Positions 8,914-17,843 of a stretch of DNA of 61,724 bases are shown here, piece after piece (within the stretch, counting starts at the first letter, position 1; the number at the start of each line of letters is the position of its first letter). The notes under the pieces were generated by a model, which had not been told where the DNA came from, searched no databases, and saw only the letters and a list, made by a program, of their open reading frames with translations. The position numbers were made by a program, and so were the translations under genes. Origin of the DNA: Candidatus Magasanikiibacteriota bacterium (GTDB taxonomy: Bacteria > Patescibacteriota > Patescibacteriia > Magasanikbacterales > UBA922); contig WJJZ01000004.1 in assembly GCA_014729395.1 (NCBI GenBank), positions 1 through 61,724 of the forward strand, in the 5' to 3' direction.

Positions 8914-8978
8914 ATCATAAATCATAAATCCTAATTCATAAAATATAAATTTATGATTTTAGACTTTAGATTTTAGAC
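8914..8978. repeat. tandem heptamer arrays (ATCATAA-type x5, TTTAGAC-type x3)
   Basis: In 7-nt register: ATCATAA ATCATAA ATCCTAA TTCATAA AATATAA (8914-8948), then TTTAGAC TTTAGAT TTTAGAC (8958-8978). AATCATAAAT and ATTTATGATT can pair. Confidence 0.8.
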
Positions 8979-8986
8979 TTATTTTT

Positions 8987-9148
8987 ATGTCCGACAATTT
9001 TATTCGTCATCTCATTTCGTTTATTGGTACATTGATTGTTTTGTTGGCCTATTTTTCCGGTTATATATCAGGAAGTAATGGCTGGTGGTGGACAGCAATC
9101 GGTATGTTGATTTTTTATGTCATAGTTTTTAAGCTGGTTGAAGCTTAA
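8987..9148 (+). CDS. small two-helix membrane protein (53 aa), absent from the ORF track
   Basis: I translated ATG 8987 to TAA 9146-9148 by hand: MSDNFIRHLISFIGTLIVLLAYFSGYISGSNGWWWTAIGMLIFYVIVFKLVEA. It has two hydrophobic helices and ends 9 nt before the next gene. Confidence 0.5.
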   Translation: MSDNFIRHLISFIGTLIVLLAYFSGYISGSNGWWWTAIGMLIFYVIVFKLVEA

Positions 9149-9157
9149 ACTTTCTTT

Positions 9158-10582
9158 ATGAATGTAGAAATTGGAATTTTTTCTTTCAATTTAGGTAGTC
9201 TTAGCGACTTTTTTGCACAAGGTATATTTCAAATCATTATTCAGTTGCTTGCTATTTTTGGCTGGTTGGTACTGGCCGCTCTTTTGTTATTTGTAGCTTT
9301 GTTTTTTTATCAGGAATATAGACAGGAAAAATATACCAAAGACTGGAAATGGGTTGTCTTGGCTATAGATATTCCACCTTTAAATTTACAAACTCCAAAA
9401 GCGGTCGAGCAGATGTTTGCCCAACTGGCCGGAGCATTTGACCAGCCAAATATTGCTGACAAATTTTATTATGGCTATAAACAAAAATGGTTTAGTTTTG
9501 AGATCGTTAGTATTGAGGGTTATATCCAATTTTTAGTGCGTACGGAAGAAGCTTTTAGAGATTTGGTTGAAGCATCTATATACGCTCAGTATCCGGATGC
9601 TGAAATTACAGAAGTGGAGGATTATGTGAATGAGATTCCCGATTCCTATCCAAATGAAGAATATGATTTGTGGATGGCTGATTTTGGTCTGGAAGAAGAA
9701 GATTCATATCCGATAAGAACTTTTGATGATTTTATGGACAAAATTTCAAAAGATGATATTTTGAAAGACCCGATGAGTGCTTTTTTGGAAAGTTTTTCCA
9801 GAATTGGTCCGGGAGAACAAATGTGGTTTCAGATTTTATTGGAACCCATATCCAGTTCATGGAAGGAGCAGTCAATAAAAAAGGTCAAAGAGTTGATCGG
9901 TGACAAAAGTTTGGGGAGTACTGGCGGGAGTAAAGTGGCTGAATTTATTACCAGTGGATCCCTAAAAGCGATTGAATCGATTGGAGACCAAGTTTTTGGT
10001 AGGGAGGCCGGCGCTTCAAATGGAAATGAAATTGATCGAGATGCTCCAAATCAGCTACAGTACTTAACTCCGGGTCAGACCAAGTTGGTGGAAGCGATTG
10101 AAAATAAAATAAGTAAAATCGGTTTTAAAGTTAAGTTGCGTGGTGGCTATATCGCGCGTAAAGAAGTTTTCAAAGCGGAGAGAGGGGTAAATTTAATGAT
10201 TGGTGCTATTAACCAATATAATATTCCAAGCGCAAATTCAATACTTCCGAAATATGGTGTTGGTGCTTCATACTTCTTCAAAGACCAAAGAAAAGCCTAC
10301 AGAAAGAGATTGTTAATCAAGGCGTACAAAAAAAGAAAAATAGCCGTGGGAGCTAATCCTTTTATATTAAATATTGAAGAACTGGCGACGTTGTGGCATT
10401 TTCCCATGTCTCAAGTTAAAGCACCATTATTGCAAAAAACTCAGGCAAAACAAACCGAACCCCCGATTGGCTTGCCGGTTGAAGGTGTTCCGGAACCGGA
10501 AAAAGAAGAGGAGAGTGAAGAAGAAGGTTATCAAATTGATACCGGAGATGTTGGATTTAAAGAAGATGTTGAGTTTGGTTAA
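9158..10582 (+). CDS. conserved-looking membrane-anchored protein of unknown function
   Basis: 474 aa with an N-terminal TM region. 'FSFEIVSIEGYIQFLVRTEE..IYAQYPDAEITEVEDY' and 'LATLWHFP' resemble a CPR/archaeal family that I recall neighbouring FtsK/VirD4-like ATPases. I cannot verify that here. Confidence 0.6.
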   Translation: MNVEIGIFSFNLGSLSDFFAQGIFQIIIQLLAIFGWLVLAALLLFVALFFYQEYRQEKYTKDWKWVVLAIDIPPLNLQTPKAVEQMFAQLAGAFDQPNIADKFYYGYKQKWFSFEIVSIEGYIQFLVRTEEAFRDLVEASIYAQYPDAEITEVEDYVNEIPDSYPNEEYDLWMADFGLEEEDSYPIRTFDDFMDKISKDDILKDPMSAFLESFSRIGPGEQMWFQILLEPISSSWKEQSIKKVKELIGDKSLGSTGGSKVAEFITSGSLKAIESIGDQVFGREAGASNGNEIDRDAPNQLQYLTPGQTKLVEAIENKISKIGFKVKLRGGYIARKEVFKAERGVNLMIGAINQYNIPSANSILPKYGVGASYFFKDQRKAYRKRLLIKAYKKRKIAVGANPFILNIEELATLWHFPMSQVKAPLLQKTQAKQTEPPIGLPVEGVPEPEKEEESEEEGYQIDTGDVGFKEDVEFG

Positions 10583-10625
10583 TACAAAAAAACGACCAAC
10601 TGTACATTGTTGGTCGAATATTTTT

Positions 10626-11768
10626 TTAGTTTATTAACCCCCTCATTTTTTCAAGAGCTAAATCTCTCAAGTCGTTTCTAGACTCGGAATACTTATATAG
10701 AATTCTCCATTCATCAAGGCTATGAGCAAGTATAGACATTTGTTCAAGAATAAAATTTTTAAAAATGGGGTCAGGTTCAGACCTATTTAAATAATTCGAA
10801 TATTCTTCAAAACTAATATTTGCCATTTTTACTTTATTCATAATTGCATTTTTAATATCCAACCTAAACTTCGCTTTTTCGTAAACAATACACAGTTCAG
10901 TAAAATTACCCGCCAATTCAGCCATTTTATTTAATGCTTTGTCTTGTATTATTTTACTATGTTCATTATTCGGACAAGATTCGTGCCATTTATTAAAATT
11001 TCGTTCAAATTCAGTCAATTTCTCCAGAACATTTATTTGCAAGTCTATAGATTCCTTATTCGAGGATTTCAAATCCCAAGTACTGTAGCATTTGATTAGT
11101 TCACTCATTTTTCTATGAATTATGTCTTTTAGTTCATTTTTTTTATTGGAATAAATGAATACATAAAACCATTGAAGAAAATTTACAGCAAATTTATACA
11201 TTTTTGTAATAGCAATTTCCCTATATTTACTACCCGGCAGAGAATGTTTGTAAATATAATGCCAGTCTTCAAAAGTATTAGCCAGTTTAACAAGTTTTTG
11301 AATTGCAATTTTGTCTAAATCATTCCAATCATCAAAACAAGCACAAAATTCCTTCCATTGTTCTGAGGTGAATTCAAAATCAATTATACGCTTCAAGGCC
11401 AAACGCAGTGACTTGCTGTCATATGAACAATTTAAAAAAAAATAACACCATTCATCAAAATTACCGGCCAATTCAGCCATTTTATCGAGAGCAATAAGTT
11501 TTATTCTACTCGACAAAGGAGCTGATTTGTAAACTTCCTCCCAATCACCAAATGTCTCACATTTTTGCTTTATTATTTTTAATATGAAATTTTCAATGTC
11601 GCTTTCCGGATTCGCATTGCAGTGTATTTTGACCAATTTTTCTATACTCAAAGATTCAAAAAATTCTTTATCCTCTGAAAGAGCGGGCCAAAGTAATACT
11701 ACGGTCAAACCAAATTTAAATTTTTTTTCCAATTCAGTAAAGGTTTTGTTTTGTTCGCTCGGTTTCAT
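10626..11768 (-). CDS. alpha-helical tandem-repeat protein (~31-residue period, ~10 repeats)
   Basis: Repeat pattern 'A..KM.ELA.NF.EW..........'; for example 'ALDKMAELAGNFDEW', 'AIQKLVKLANTFEDW', 'ALNKMAELAGNFTEL', 'ILEQMSILAHSLDEW'. A strong SD (GGAGG) lies 8 nt before the ATG. Confidence 0.7.
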   Translation of the reverse strand: MKPSEQNKTFTELEKKFKFGLTVVLLWPALSEDKEFFESLSIEKLVKIHCNANPESDIENFILKIIKQKCETFGDWEEVYKSAPLSSRIKLIALDKMAELAGNFDEWCYFFLNCSYDSKSLRLALKRIIDFEFTSEQWKEFCACFDDWNDLDKIAIQKLVKLANTFEDWHYIYKHSLPGSKYREIAITKMYKFAVNFLQWFYVFIYSNKKNELKDIIHRKMSELIKCYSTWDLKSSNKESIDLQINVLEKLTEFERNFNKWHESCPNNEHSKIIQDKALNKMAELAGNFTELCIVYEKAKFRLDIKNAIMNKVKMANISFEEYSNYLNRSEPDPIFKNFILEQMSILAHSLDEWRILYKYSESRNDLRDLALEKMRGLIN

Positions 11769-11911
11769 AATGAGCTCCTCCGTTTGCTTGTTAAATTGTA
11801 AAGGTCAGGTTCACGAAAAATAACACAAAAAGTCATTTAAGTCAACCGGGTCATGAGTAAAATTAGGATTTGCTTTTTTGTGTTGTTTTTTGGTAATCTA
11901 CCATAACAGTT

Positions 11912-11998
11912 TACGAGTCACGATACACGATTCATGCCTGCCTTTGGCAGGGAACACGATGCAAATTTTGTCTCGTGATACGTGTATCTTGAATCGTA
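11912..11998. repeat. heptamer-word region with central GC hairpin upstream of dnaG
   Basis: TACGAGT CACGATA CACGATT ... GTGATAC GTGTATC TTGAATC in 7-nt register. Central hairpin CCTGCC-TTTG-GCAGG. Confidence 0.6.
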
Positions 11999-12079
11999 TT
12001 TTTATTAATTCCCTTGTCCGACACCCGGCTAATCAAAAACCCATCTTCGCTTCGCTGCGTTGGGCAAGCAAACTAATAT

Positions 12080-13894
12080 ATGAGTGATACTCAACTAATC
12101 AAAGATAAACTCGATATTGTCGATTTCATATCTGAATACGTTCAACTAAAGCCGGCCGGAGTGAACCATAAAGCTTGTTGTCCTTTTCATCAAGAGAAGA
12201 CCCCTTCTTTTATGGTTAGTAGAGAGAGGCAATCTTGGAAATGTTTTGGTTGTGGCAAAGGCGGAGATATCTTTACTTTTGTGGAAGAAATGGAAGGTAT
12301 GGAATTTGTTGAAGCTTTAAAATTTTTAGCCCAAAGGGCAGGAGTGGAATTAAGCGGTCGAGTCAGCGAAATCAACACCAATCAAAAAAATCGTCTAAAA
12401 GATATAAATAGCGAAGCGGCCAGATTTTTTCATAATTTTTTAATTAAAATGCCGACTTCAAAACCCGCCTTGGATTATTTGCAAAACAGAGATTTGAAAA
12501 CGGACACAATTGAAGAATGGCAAATAGGTTATATTCCTGATCAATGGGATTTGTTGACAAAATATTTATTAAAAAAGGGTTACGGTATTGATGATTTGGT
12601 GGCAAGCGGACTTACAATCCAAAGAGAGGGAGCTGATTCTCGGACCGGTCGCGGCTATTATGATCGTTTTAGGGGTAGGATAATGTTTCCAATTAAAGAT
12701 GTTCATAATATAACCGTTGGTTTTACCGGTCGATTGCTTGAAGAAAAAGAAAATGCCGGAGGAAAATATATCAATACACCGCAAAGTCCTATTTATGATA
12801 AATCGAGGATTATTTATGGGTTAAACAAAGCGAAACAAGAGATAAAAAAGAAAGATTATGCTGTTGTCGTAGAGGGGCAAATGGATGTGATAACTAGTCA
12901 TCAAGCAGGTATGAAAAATGTGATAGCGTCAAGTGGTACAGCCCTAACAGAATACCAAATAAAGTTGATCGGTCGATTTACAAAGAATATCAAGATGGCG
13001 TTCGATGCCGATGATGCCGGTGAGAAGGCTGCATTGCGGGGAATAAATTTGGCAGTCCGGCAAGGGATGAATGTTCAGGTGATTCAGATACCCGATGGCA
13101 CGGGCAAGGATCCCGATGAATGTATAAAAAAAGATTTCAGTGTTTGGCAAAGAGCTGTTGAGGAAGCGGAAGCAGTCATGAATTGGCATTTTAAAAGAGT
13201 AATAAAAAATAGGGACAAAACCTCCCCCAAAGAAAAACAAGAAATTGCAAATTTACTTTTAGCGGAAATAGCCAATATTCCGTATGCTGTTGAAAAAGAT
13301 CATTGGTTGAAAGAATTGTCTATGGAAATTAATTCTGATGTGTCAGTATTAAGGGAAGACTTGAACAGGATTGCGAAAAATCAGAAAAAAAATATTTCAA
13401 ATAATTATAAAAAACCAGAAAAAAAAGATGACGCGAAAAATGAGAGTAATTTGGATATAATTGCAAGAAATTTATTATCGATATTTCTTGGCAATGAGGC
13501 TTTGTTTAAAAAGCATTGGAAAAAGATGGATAAAGATGTTTTGTCCACAAGTAAATATGCATCCCTTTACGAAAAGTTAAATAAGATGTATAATGATAAT
13601 ACTTTTATTCAAAAACAAGAACTTCGTGAAGACAAAGAAAAAAAACAAAAAAGTCACGAAGATAATGATATAGAAGACCTGATCTTAAATTTTGAGTGGT
13701 CTTTTTCTGGCATTTCTGAAAAAGACGCTGAGAATGAACTTGATAAGTTAATAAAAAGATTTTATAACGAGTGGAAAAAGCTAAAAAGAACTGAACTGCA
13801 AAACGAAATTAAGATTGCTGAAAAAAATAATGATGAAGAAAAAATCAAGATATTATTATCAAAAATAAACGAAATTAATAAAATTAAACCTTAG
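12080..13894 (+). CDS. dnaG: DNA primase
   Basis: CHC2 zinc finger '[30 protein letters not shown]', Toprim motifs '[10 protein letters not shown]' and '[10 protein letters not shown]'. Confidence 0.95.
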   Translation: MSDTQLIKDKLDIVDFISEYVQLKPAGVNHKACCPFHQEKTPSFMVSRERQSWKCFGCGKGGDIFTFVEEMEGMEFVEALKFLAQRAGVELSGRVSEINTNQKNRLKDINSEAARFFHNFLIKMPTSKPALDYLQNRDLKTDTIEEWQIGYIPDQWDLLTKYLLKKGYGIDDLVASGLTIQREGADSRTGRGYYDRFRGRIMFPIKDVHNITVGFTGRLLEEKENAGGKYINTPQSPIYDKSRIIYGLNKAKQEIKKKDYAVVVEGQMDVITSHQAGMKNVIASSGTALTEYQIKLIGRFTKNIKMAFDADDAGEKAALRGINLAVRQGMNVQVIQIPDGTGKDPDECIKKDFSVWQRAVEEAEAVMNWHFKRVIKNRDKTSPKEKQEIANLLLAEIANIPYAVEKDHWLKELSMEINSDVSVLREDLNRIAKNQKKNISNNYKKPEKKDDAKNESNLDIIARNLLSIFLGNEALFKKHWKKMDKDVLSTSKYASLYEKLNKMYNDNTFIQKQELREDKEKKQKSHEDNDIEDLILNFEWSFSGISEKDAENELDKLIKRFYNEWKKLKRTELQNEIKIAEKNNDEEKIKILLSKINEINKIKP

Positions 13895-13902
13895 GCCAAC
13901 TC

Positions 13903-15270
13903 ATGCCTAGAAAAAAAAGTACAACTAAAAAGAAGTCAGCTGCAAAAAAGAAAAAAACAGCTGCAAAAAAGAAAGCAGTTAAAACTGCTAAAACAAAGAA
14001 GAAATCTTCCGGCAGAAAAAAAAGAAAACCAACAAAAAGAAAAAAAACTGCCAAGAGAAAAACTTCAAAGAAAACTGCCCGCAAGTCATCAAAACGGGCA
14101 AAGAGAACAACAAAAAAGAAAAAAACCAGAAAAACAACACGCAAAAAAAAGACCAGCAAAGTAAAGGAAGAAATAGTAGAGCCTTCCGATGCTCAAGTAA
14201 GAGATTTAATAAAAAAAGGAAGACAAAGAGGCTTTATTACGGAAGTGGAAGTTTTGCAAGTTTTTCCAAAAGTTGAATACTACATATATATTTATGAGGG
14301 TTTTTTGGATTTGGCTGCAAAAAATAATGTTGCGGTTGTGCAAATGAAGGAAGGACTCTTGGGACAAGGTGAAGAAAAGAATGATATATTAGCGGATTTG
14401 CAAGGTAAACAACCTGATATGGAAGGATCTTTTGATTTGGGTTCCATATCAGAGGATTCAATTCAAATGTACTTGCGTGAAATTGGTAAAATCCCATTAT
14501 TAACGGCCGAAGAAGAAGTTATTCTGGCCAAAGGTAAAGAAAGAGGCGATAGGAAGTCGGAAAGAAAGATGATTTTGGCTAATTTGCGACTTGTGGTTTC
14601 CATTGCAAAGAAGTTTGTCGGTAAACAGCTTTCACTACTTGATTTAATTCAAGAGGGTAACATTGGTCTATTTAGAGCGGTAAAAAAGTTTGATTATCGT
14701 AAGGGCTATAAATTTTCCACATATGCAACTTGGTGGATCAGGCAAGCTATTACCAGAGCATTGGCTGATCAATCCAGGACAATTAGAATTCCGGTTCATA
14801 TGGTTGAGACGATAAATCGTTTCAATCAGAGACAAAGAGCGTTGTTGCAAGACTTGGGAAGAGACCCTACACCGGAGGAAATGGCAGCCGAATTGGGAGA
14901 AGATTTAGACAAGGTAAAACAGATAATAAAAATATCACAAGATACTATTTCTCTTGAGACATCAGTGGGTGACGATGACGATGATTCGGCATTGGCGGAT
15001 TTTATAGAAGATGTAAAAAATGTCAGCCCATCACATTCAGCCGGAGTATCACTTTTAAAGGATTATATTGCCGATGCAATCAAAGATCTGTCACCCAGAG
15101 AGCAGAAAATTTTGGAGATGCGTTTTGGTCTAACCGATGGTGTTACGCATACTTTGGAAGAGGTTGGAAAAGAATTTGATGTTACTCGTGAGCGTATCAG
15201 ACAGATTGAAGCCAAATCTTTAGAAAAAATTCAGACGTACGACATTATCAGCAAATTAAGAGATTATTAG
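13903..15270 (+). CDS. rpoD: RNA polymerase sigma-70 family factor with Lys-rich N-terminal tail
   Basis: Region 2-4 motifs '[39 protein letters not shown]', 'IRIPVHM' and '[20 protein letters not shown]'. Residues 2-87 are almost only K/R/T/A/S. Confidence 0.93.
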   Translation: MPRKKSTTKKKSAAKKKKTAAKKKAVKTAKTKKKSSGRKKRKPTKRKKTAKRKTSKKTARKSSKRAKRTTKKKKTRKTTRKKKTSKVKEEIVEPSDAQVRDLIKKGRQRGFITEVEVLQVFPKVEYYIYIYEGFLDLAAKNNVAVVQMKEGLLGQGEEKNDILADLQGKQPDMEGSFDLGSISEDSIQMYLREIGKIPLLTAEEEVILAKGKERGDRKSERKMILANLRLVVSIAKKFVGKQLSLLDLIQEGNIGLFRAVKKFDYRKGYKFSTYATWWIRQAITRALADQSRTIRIPVHMVETINRFNQRQRALLQDLGRDPTPEEMAAELGEDLDKVKQIIKISQDTISLETSVGDDDDDSALADFIEDVKNVSPSHSAGVSLLKDYIADAIKDLSPREQKILEMRFGLTDGVTHTLEEVGKEFDVTRERIRQIEAKSLEKIQTYDIISKLRDY

Positions 15271-15278
15271 TTATATTC

Positions 15279-15311
15279 AAAAACCCGCAGGTAATATCGC
15301 GGGTTTTTTTA
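15279..15311. terminator. bidirectional terminator between rpoD and the SOD gene
   Basis: ACCCGC / GCGGGT stem flanked by an A-run and a T-run. Confidence 0.75.
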
Positions 15312-15322
15312 TATTGAATTTT

Positions 15323-15904
15323 TTAAAAAAATTTTAGTACATTCCACCAATTATCAACATAGTCACCGCGTTTATTTTGGTATTTCAAATAGTATGCATG
15401 CTCCCATACGTCAATACAAAATATAGGCTCATCCCCGAGAGTATAGGGTGATTCCTGGTTTGATAGTGAATAAATCTTTAGTTGCTTGTTATCATCCCTT
15501 ACAAGCCATGCCCAACCGCTTCCAAAATGAGTTTTGGCCAGGTCACTGAATTTTTGTTTAAAATTTTCCATACTATTAAATTTTTCTTCAATTTCCGATA
15601 TCAAATTATCATCCATTTGCTTTTCAGATGACATTGATTGCCAAAATATATTATGATTTACATATCCGCCACCGTTATTTTTTATAGCATTTCTGTCGGA
15701 GTCGCTTACTTTCAAATCGTTCAAATTACTTAGTATTTCTTCAGGAGATTTATTTTGTAAATCAGGATAATTTTCCAGGACTTTATTAAATTTATCCAAA
15801 TATGATTGATGGTGCTTTGTATGGTGCACTTCCATGGTTTCTTTATCAATATAGGGTTCAAGGGCATCATGAGAATAGGGGAGCTCCGGTAGTTTGAAAG
15901 TCAT
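15323..15904 (-). CDS. Fe/Mn-family superoxide dismutase
   Basis: 'LPELPYSHDALEPYIDKETMEVHHTKHHQSY' and 'DVWEHAYYLKYQNKR' are canonical Fe/Mn SOD motifs. Confidence 0.93.
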   Translation of the reverse strand: MTFKLPELPYSHDALEPYIDKETMEVHHTKHHQSYLDKFNKVLENYPDLQNKSPEEILSNLNDLKVSDSDRNAIKNNGGGYVNHNIFWQSMSSEKQMDDNLISEIEEKFNSMENFKQKFSDLAKTHFGSGWAWLVRDDNKQLKIYSLSNQESPYTLGDEPIFCIDVWEHAYYLKYQNKRGDYVDNWWNVLKFF

Positions 15905-15999
15905 ATGTTTTATGGTTAAGTTTTACTTTTCATACTTATATGGTATAATTTAATTTATAAAAAGTCAAATTTGTATTTTGTCGATAAATTCGGTAATAT

Positions 16000-16992
16000 A
16001 TGTTGTGGATTGAATTAATAAAGTATTATATGATGAAAGATGCAATATTGGATTTTCCAAAACAATTTAATTATCAACCCAAGCTGGAAAACATTGAAAG
16101 AGAGATTCAAGCAAAATCTTACCTAGTTTGTGGAATGGGGGGTTCTCACCTATCAGCAGATCTTTTAAAAAGAATTAAACCTGATTTGAAACTTTCAATT
16201 CATAGTAATTATGGACTTCCAAAGAATTTAAATTATGACGATACCTTGGTTATTTTCAGTTCTTATTCGGGAAATACGGAGGAGGTGTTGGATGGATTTA
16301 ATTTAGCGCGTAAACATAATTATCAAACGGCTGTGATTTCGGTAGGAGGAAAATTATTGGAATTGGCTCGTGAAAATAATATTCCATATATTCAATTGCC
16401 GGATACCGGGATTCAACCAAGATCAGCTTTGGGTTTTAGTTTGCTGGCTTTAATGAAGATAATGAATTTGGATGAATTTATTAGTAAACTATCAGCATTG
16501 TCTCAAAAGCTTGACCCAAAGAGTTTGGCAAACGAGGCAGTCGGATTTGTAGAAAAACTAAAAAACAAAGTACCGGTTATATATTCTTCAGAATTAAATA
16601 AAGCCATTGCCTATAATTGGAAAATAAAAATGAATGAGACAGGTAAAATCCCCGCTTTTTATAATATTTTTCCCGAATTAAATCACAATGAGATGACCGG
16701 ATTTGATGTTGTAAAGGCAAGCGAAAAATTATCTGAAATATTTACTTTTATTTTTTTAAATGATAGTGGGGATCATCCGAAAGTAAACAAGAGAATAAAG
16801 ATAACCAAAGAACTTTATGAGGATAGAGGCTTGAAGACGGAGATGGTTGATCTAAAAGGTGACAATGTTTTTGAGAAGATATTTAATTCATTAATATTGG
16901 CTGATTGGATAGCTGTAAAATTAGCGGAATCTTACAACTTGGAATCAGAGCAGGTACCAATGGTGGAGGAATTTAAAAATAAAATAAAATAA
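16000..16992 (+). CDS. bifunctional phosphoglucose/phosphomannose isomerase (SIS domain)
   Basis: 'GMGGSHLSADLL', 'SYSGNTEE' and 'ELNHNEMTG'. The start could instead be ATG 16030. Confidence 0.8.
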   Translation: MLWIELIKYYMMKDAILDFPKQFNYQPKLENIEREIQAKSYLVCGMGGSHLSADLLKRIKPDLKLSIHSNYGLPKNLNYDDTLVIFSSYSGNTEEVLDGFNLARKHNYQTAVISVGGKLLELARENNIPYIQLPDTGIQPRSALGFSLLALMKIMNLDEFISKLSALSQKLDPKSLANEAVGFVEKLKNKVPVIYSSELNKAIAYNWKIKMNETGKIPAFYNIFPELNHNEMTGFDVVKASEKLSEIFTFIFLNDSGDHPKVNKRIKITKELYEDRGLKTEMVDLKGDNVFEKIFNSLILADWIAVKLAESYNLESEQVPMVEEFKNKIK

Positions 16993-17023
16993 TTTATAAG
17001 TAGTATTTATAACATAAATATAT

Positions 17024-17782
17024 ATGAGTGAAAAAAAACAGTTTACACCGGTACAAATGTTTGCAGGGGGGCTTGTAGTTGGGTTTCTATTATTATCTAC
17101 GATCGGTTTTTTTATAATGCTGGGTGTATATTTTAATGGAGATAAAAATTCGGTTACAGCCGGTGAGCCGGATAAAATAGTTAATGAAAATAGCGGAGAA
17201 GCAGTAGCACAAGCTGAGCCGGAAAAAAATGAACCGCAAGTCGATGTTGAACCTTTTGATGAGACGGTTGACCATGCGAGAGGTAATGAAAATGCTGAAG
17301 TTACTTTAATAGAGTATTCAGATATTGAATGCCCTTACTGCAAGCGTTTTCACGAGACATCCTTGCAATTATTAGACGAGTATGGAGATGACGTTAGATT
17401 TGTTTTTAGGCATTTTCCACTCGACAGTCTTCATAAAAATGCGAGAATAGAGGCAAATGCGACTGAATGTGCCGGAGAGCAAGGAGCTTTTTGGGAGATG
17501 CTTGATGCAATCTTTGATGAGACTTCATCCAATGACGGCTTTGATTTAGACAAATTACCTGATTTGGCATCGGATTTAAACTTGGATGTTGATCAGTTCA
17601 ATGAATGCGTGGAAGAAATGAAATATGCTGAAAAAATTCAAGATGATCAGGATAGTGGTGTTGCCGCAGGTGCGAGAGGCACGCCATATAGTGTGCTGTT
17701 GGGACCTGAAGGAGAGGTGCAAGTTTTAAGCGGTGCACAGCCATACCAAACAGTTGCCTCAGCAATTGAGCAGCTTTTATAG
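17024..17782 (+). CDS. membrane-anchored DsbA-family thiol:disulfide oxidoreductase
   Basis: N-terminal TM helix and thioredoxin-fold active site 'ECPYCKRFH'. Confidence 0.8.
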   Translation: MSEKKQFTPVQMFAGGLVVGFLLLSTIGFFIMLGVYFNGDKNSVTAGEPDKIVNENSGEAVAQAEPEKNEPQVDVEPFDETVDHARGNENAEVTLIEYSDIECPYCKRFHETSLQLLDEYGDDVRFVFRHFPLDSLHKNARIEANATECAGEQGAFWEMLDAIFDETSSNDGFDLDKLPDLASDLNLDVDQFNECVEEMKYAEKIQDDQDSGVAAGARGTPYSVLLGPEGEVQVLSGAQPYQTVASAIEQLL

Positions 17783-17843
17783 TTAATAACAAAACTTGCC
17801 CGTAAACGGGGTAAGTTTTGTTTTTCATACTAAGAGGCATAAT

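Noticed and set aside
8914-8978. Heptamer arrays (here and at the other listed loci) as CRISPR arrays
   Set aside because: The repeat unit is 7 nt with no spacers, the arrays are 20-35 nt per arm, and no cas genes are present.
11878-12087. 69-aa plus-strand ORF upstream of dnaG
   Set aside because: It reads straight through the heptamer-word/hairpin region, has no RBS or recognisable motif, and overlaps the dnaG start.
13884-14159. 91-aa Phe/Val-rich minus-strand ORF
   Set aside because: It is the exact complement of the AAA/AAG-rich codons of the sigma-factor tail (TTT/CTT read as Phe/Leu). This is a mirror artefact.
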